Shown here one piece after another: positions 63,114 to 64,000 of a stretch of 64,000 bases of DNA. The translations under genes were made by a program, and so were the position numbers. The notes below the pieces were generated by a model, which searched no databases, had not been told where the DNA came from, and saw only the letters and a program-made list of their open reading frames with translations. Source of the DNA: Deltaproteobacteria bacterium (GTDB taxonomy: Bacteria; Myxococcota_A; UBA9160; SMWR01); contig JAQBGU010000095.1 of NCBI GenBank assembly GCA_032128375.1, positions 1 through 64,000 of the forward strand, read 5' to 3'. The first letter of the stretch is position 1. Each line of letters opens with the position of its first letter.

Positions 63114-64000
63114 TTAGCGCAGCTGGCCCGACGAATATCCGAGAATTCGCCGAGCCACGATGAGCTGGTTGATCTGTTGGGTACCTTCATAAATGTCGTT
63201 GATCTTGGCATCGCGCATCCACTTCTCGACCATCAGTTTGCGCGAGTACCCCGGTGGACCGAGGATTTCAACCGCTTTCTGAGTGATTTGCGTGACGACG
63301 AGGCCGGCCTTCGCCTTGGCCATCGAGGCTTCGAGGCTGTTGGGGATGCCGCGCGTCATCATGCTGGCGGCCCGCCAGGTCAGTAGCCGCGCTGCCTGAA
63401 GTTGGGCTTCCATCTCCATCACATCGCGTTCGATACCACGCAGGTCGTATCGTGGTGCATCGTACCTTACGAGGATTCCCTCGCGCGCGAGTTCTTCTTT
63501 GACAAAATCGAGCGACGCGCGTCCAACACCGACAGCCATTGCGGCGACGATGGGTCTGCTGGCGTCGAAAGTCGCCATCGCGCCTTTGAATCCCAGTTTG
63601 CCAGCGCGAGCCGCTGAACCCGATTTGCGCTGCTTGACGGTTTCTTCGCCGAGCAGGTTCTCGCGCGGGACGCGACAATCCTCGAAGATCAGTGTGGCCG
63701 TATCCGACGCTCGGATTCCGAGCTTCCGTTCGAGTCCGACCAGTTTCATCCCAGGCGTGCCCGCTGGGACGACGAACGACTTGATTCCGGCGCGCCCAGC
63801 ACTGCGATCGAGTGTCGCCCACACGACGACGAAGCCGCCCTCGGCTGTCGATGCGCCTTCGCCCGCCGTGCAGAAAATCTTCGTTCCATTCAACACCCAA
63901 TGGTCGCCGTCGAGTTTCGCAGTGGTGTCGATCGCCGCTGCATCGGAACCCGCCCCGGGCTCTGTGATCGCCATCGCGCCCCAGCACGGTGTACCCTCGG
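63114..64000 (-). CDS. Acyl-CoA dehydrogenase (5' end lies outside the window)
   Basis: AITEPGAGSD, LNGTKIF, KLGIRASDT, EKWMRDAKINDIYEGTQQI. Confidence 0.93.
   Translation of the reverse strand, partial: EGTPCWGAMAITEPGAGSDAAAIDTTAKLDGDHWVLNGTKIFCTAGEGASTAEGGFVVVWATLDRSAGRAGIKSFVVPAGTPGMKLVGLERKLGIRASDTATLIFEDCRVPRENLLGEETVKQRKSGSAARAGKLGFKGAMATFDASRPIVAAMAVGVGRASLDFVKEELAREGILVRYDAPRYDLRGIERDVMEMEAQLQAARLLTWRAASMMTRGIPNSLEASMAKAKAGLVVTQITQKAVEILGPPGYSRKLMVEKWMRDAKINDIYEGTQQINQLIVARRILGYSSGQLR

Overview
GC-rich bacterial chromosome segment. Outer-membrane beta-barrels and lipoproteins indicate a diderm organism; gene content suggests a Myxococcota/deltaproteobacteria-like lineage (inference only). 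Housekeeping genes (ettA, typA, glpD, clpP, dapL, xth, speA, hisS, HIT, Trm112) are mixed with many lipid/CoA and F420-type redox genes. An accessory block at about 20.5-32.4 kb holds a giant S8 protease, a split HTTM-like pair, DUF2092 plus a Gly/Gln-repeat protein, a DUF1302 remnant and a sigma-factor islet. Best leads: (1) a GST-kappa/DsbA-fold gene missed by the ORF track, with an in-frame UGA at the catalytic position followed by a SECIS-like hairpin (probable selenoprotein, 18177-18785); (2) a lipoprotein with an atypical kinase fold next to an ATP/ADP-antiporter (NTT) gene, a candidate extracytoplasmic phosphorylation system (38003-40633); (3) a 2.2-kb integrase-free islet (PAS-LuxR plus sigma-70) bounded by two identical full-length tRNA-Gln genes; (4) a 1589-aa Cys-rich DUF1302-type outer-membrane protein convergent with DUF1329. 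The first 165 bp look like a chimeric junction. All family calls come from motif recognition by eye, not database searches.
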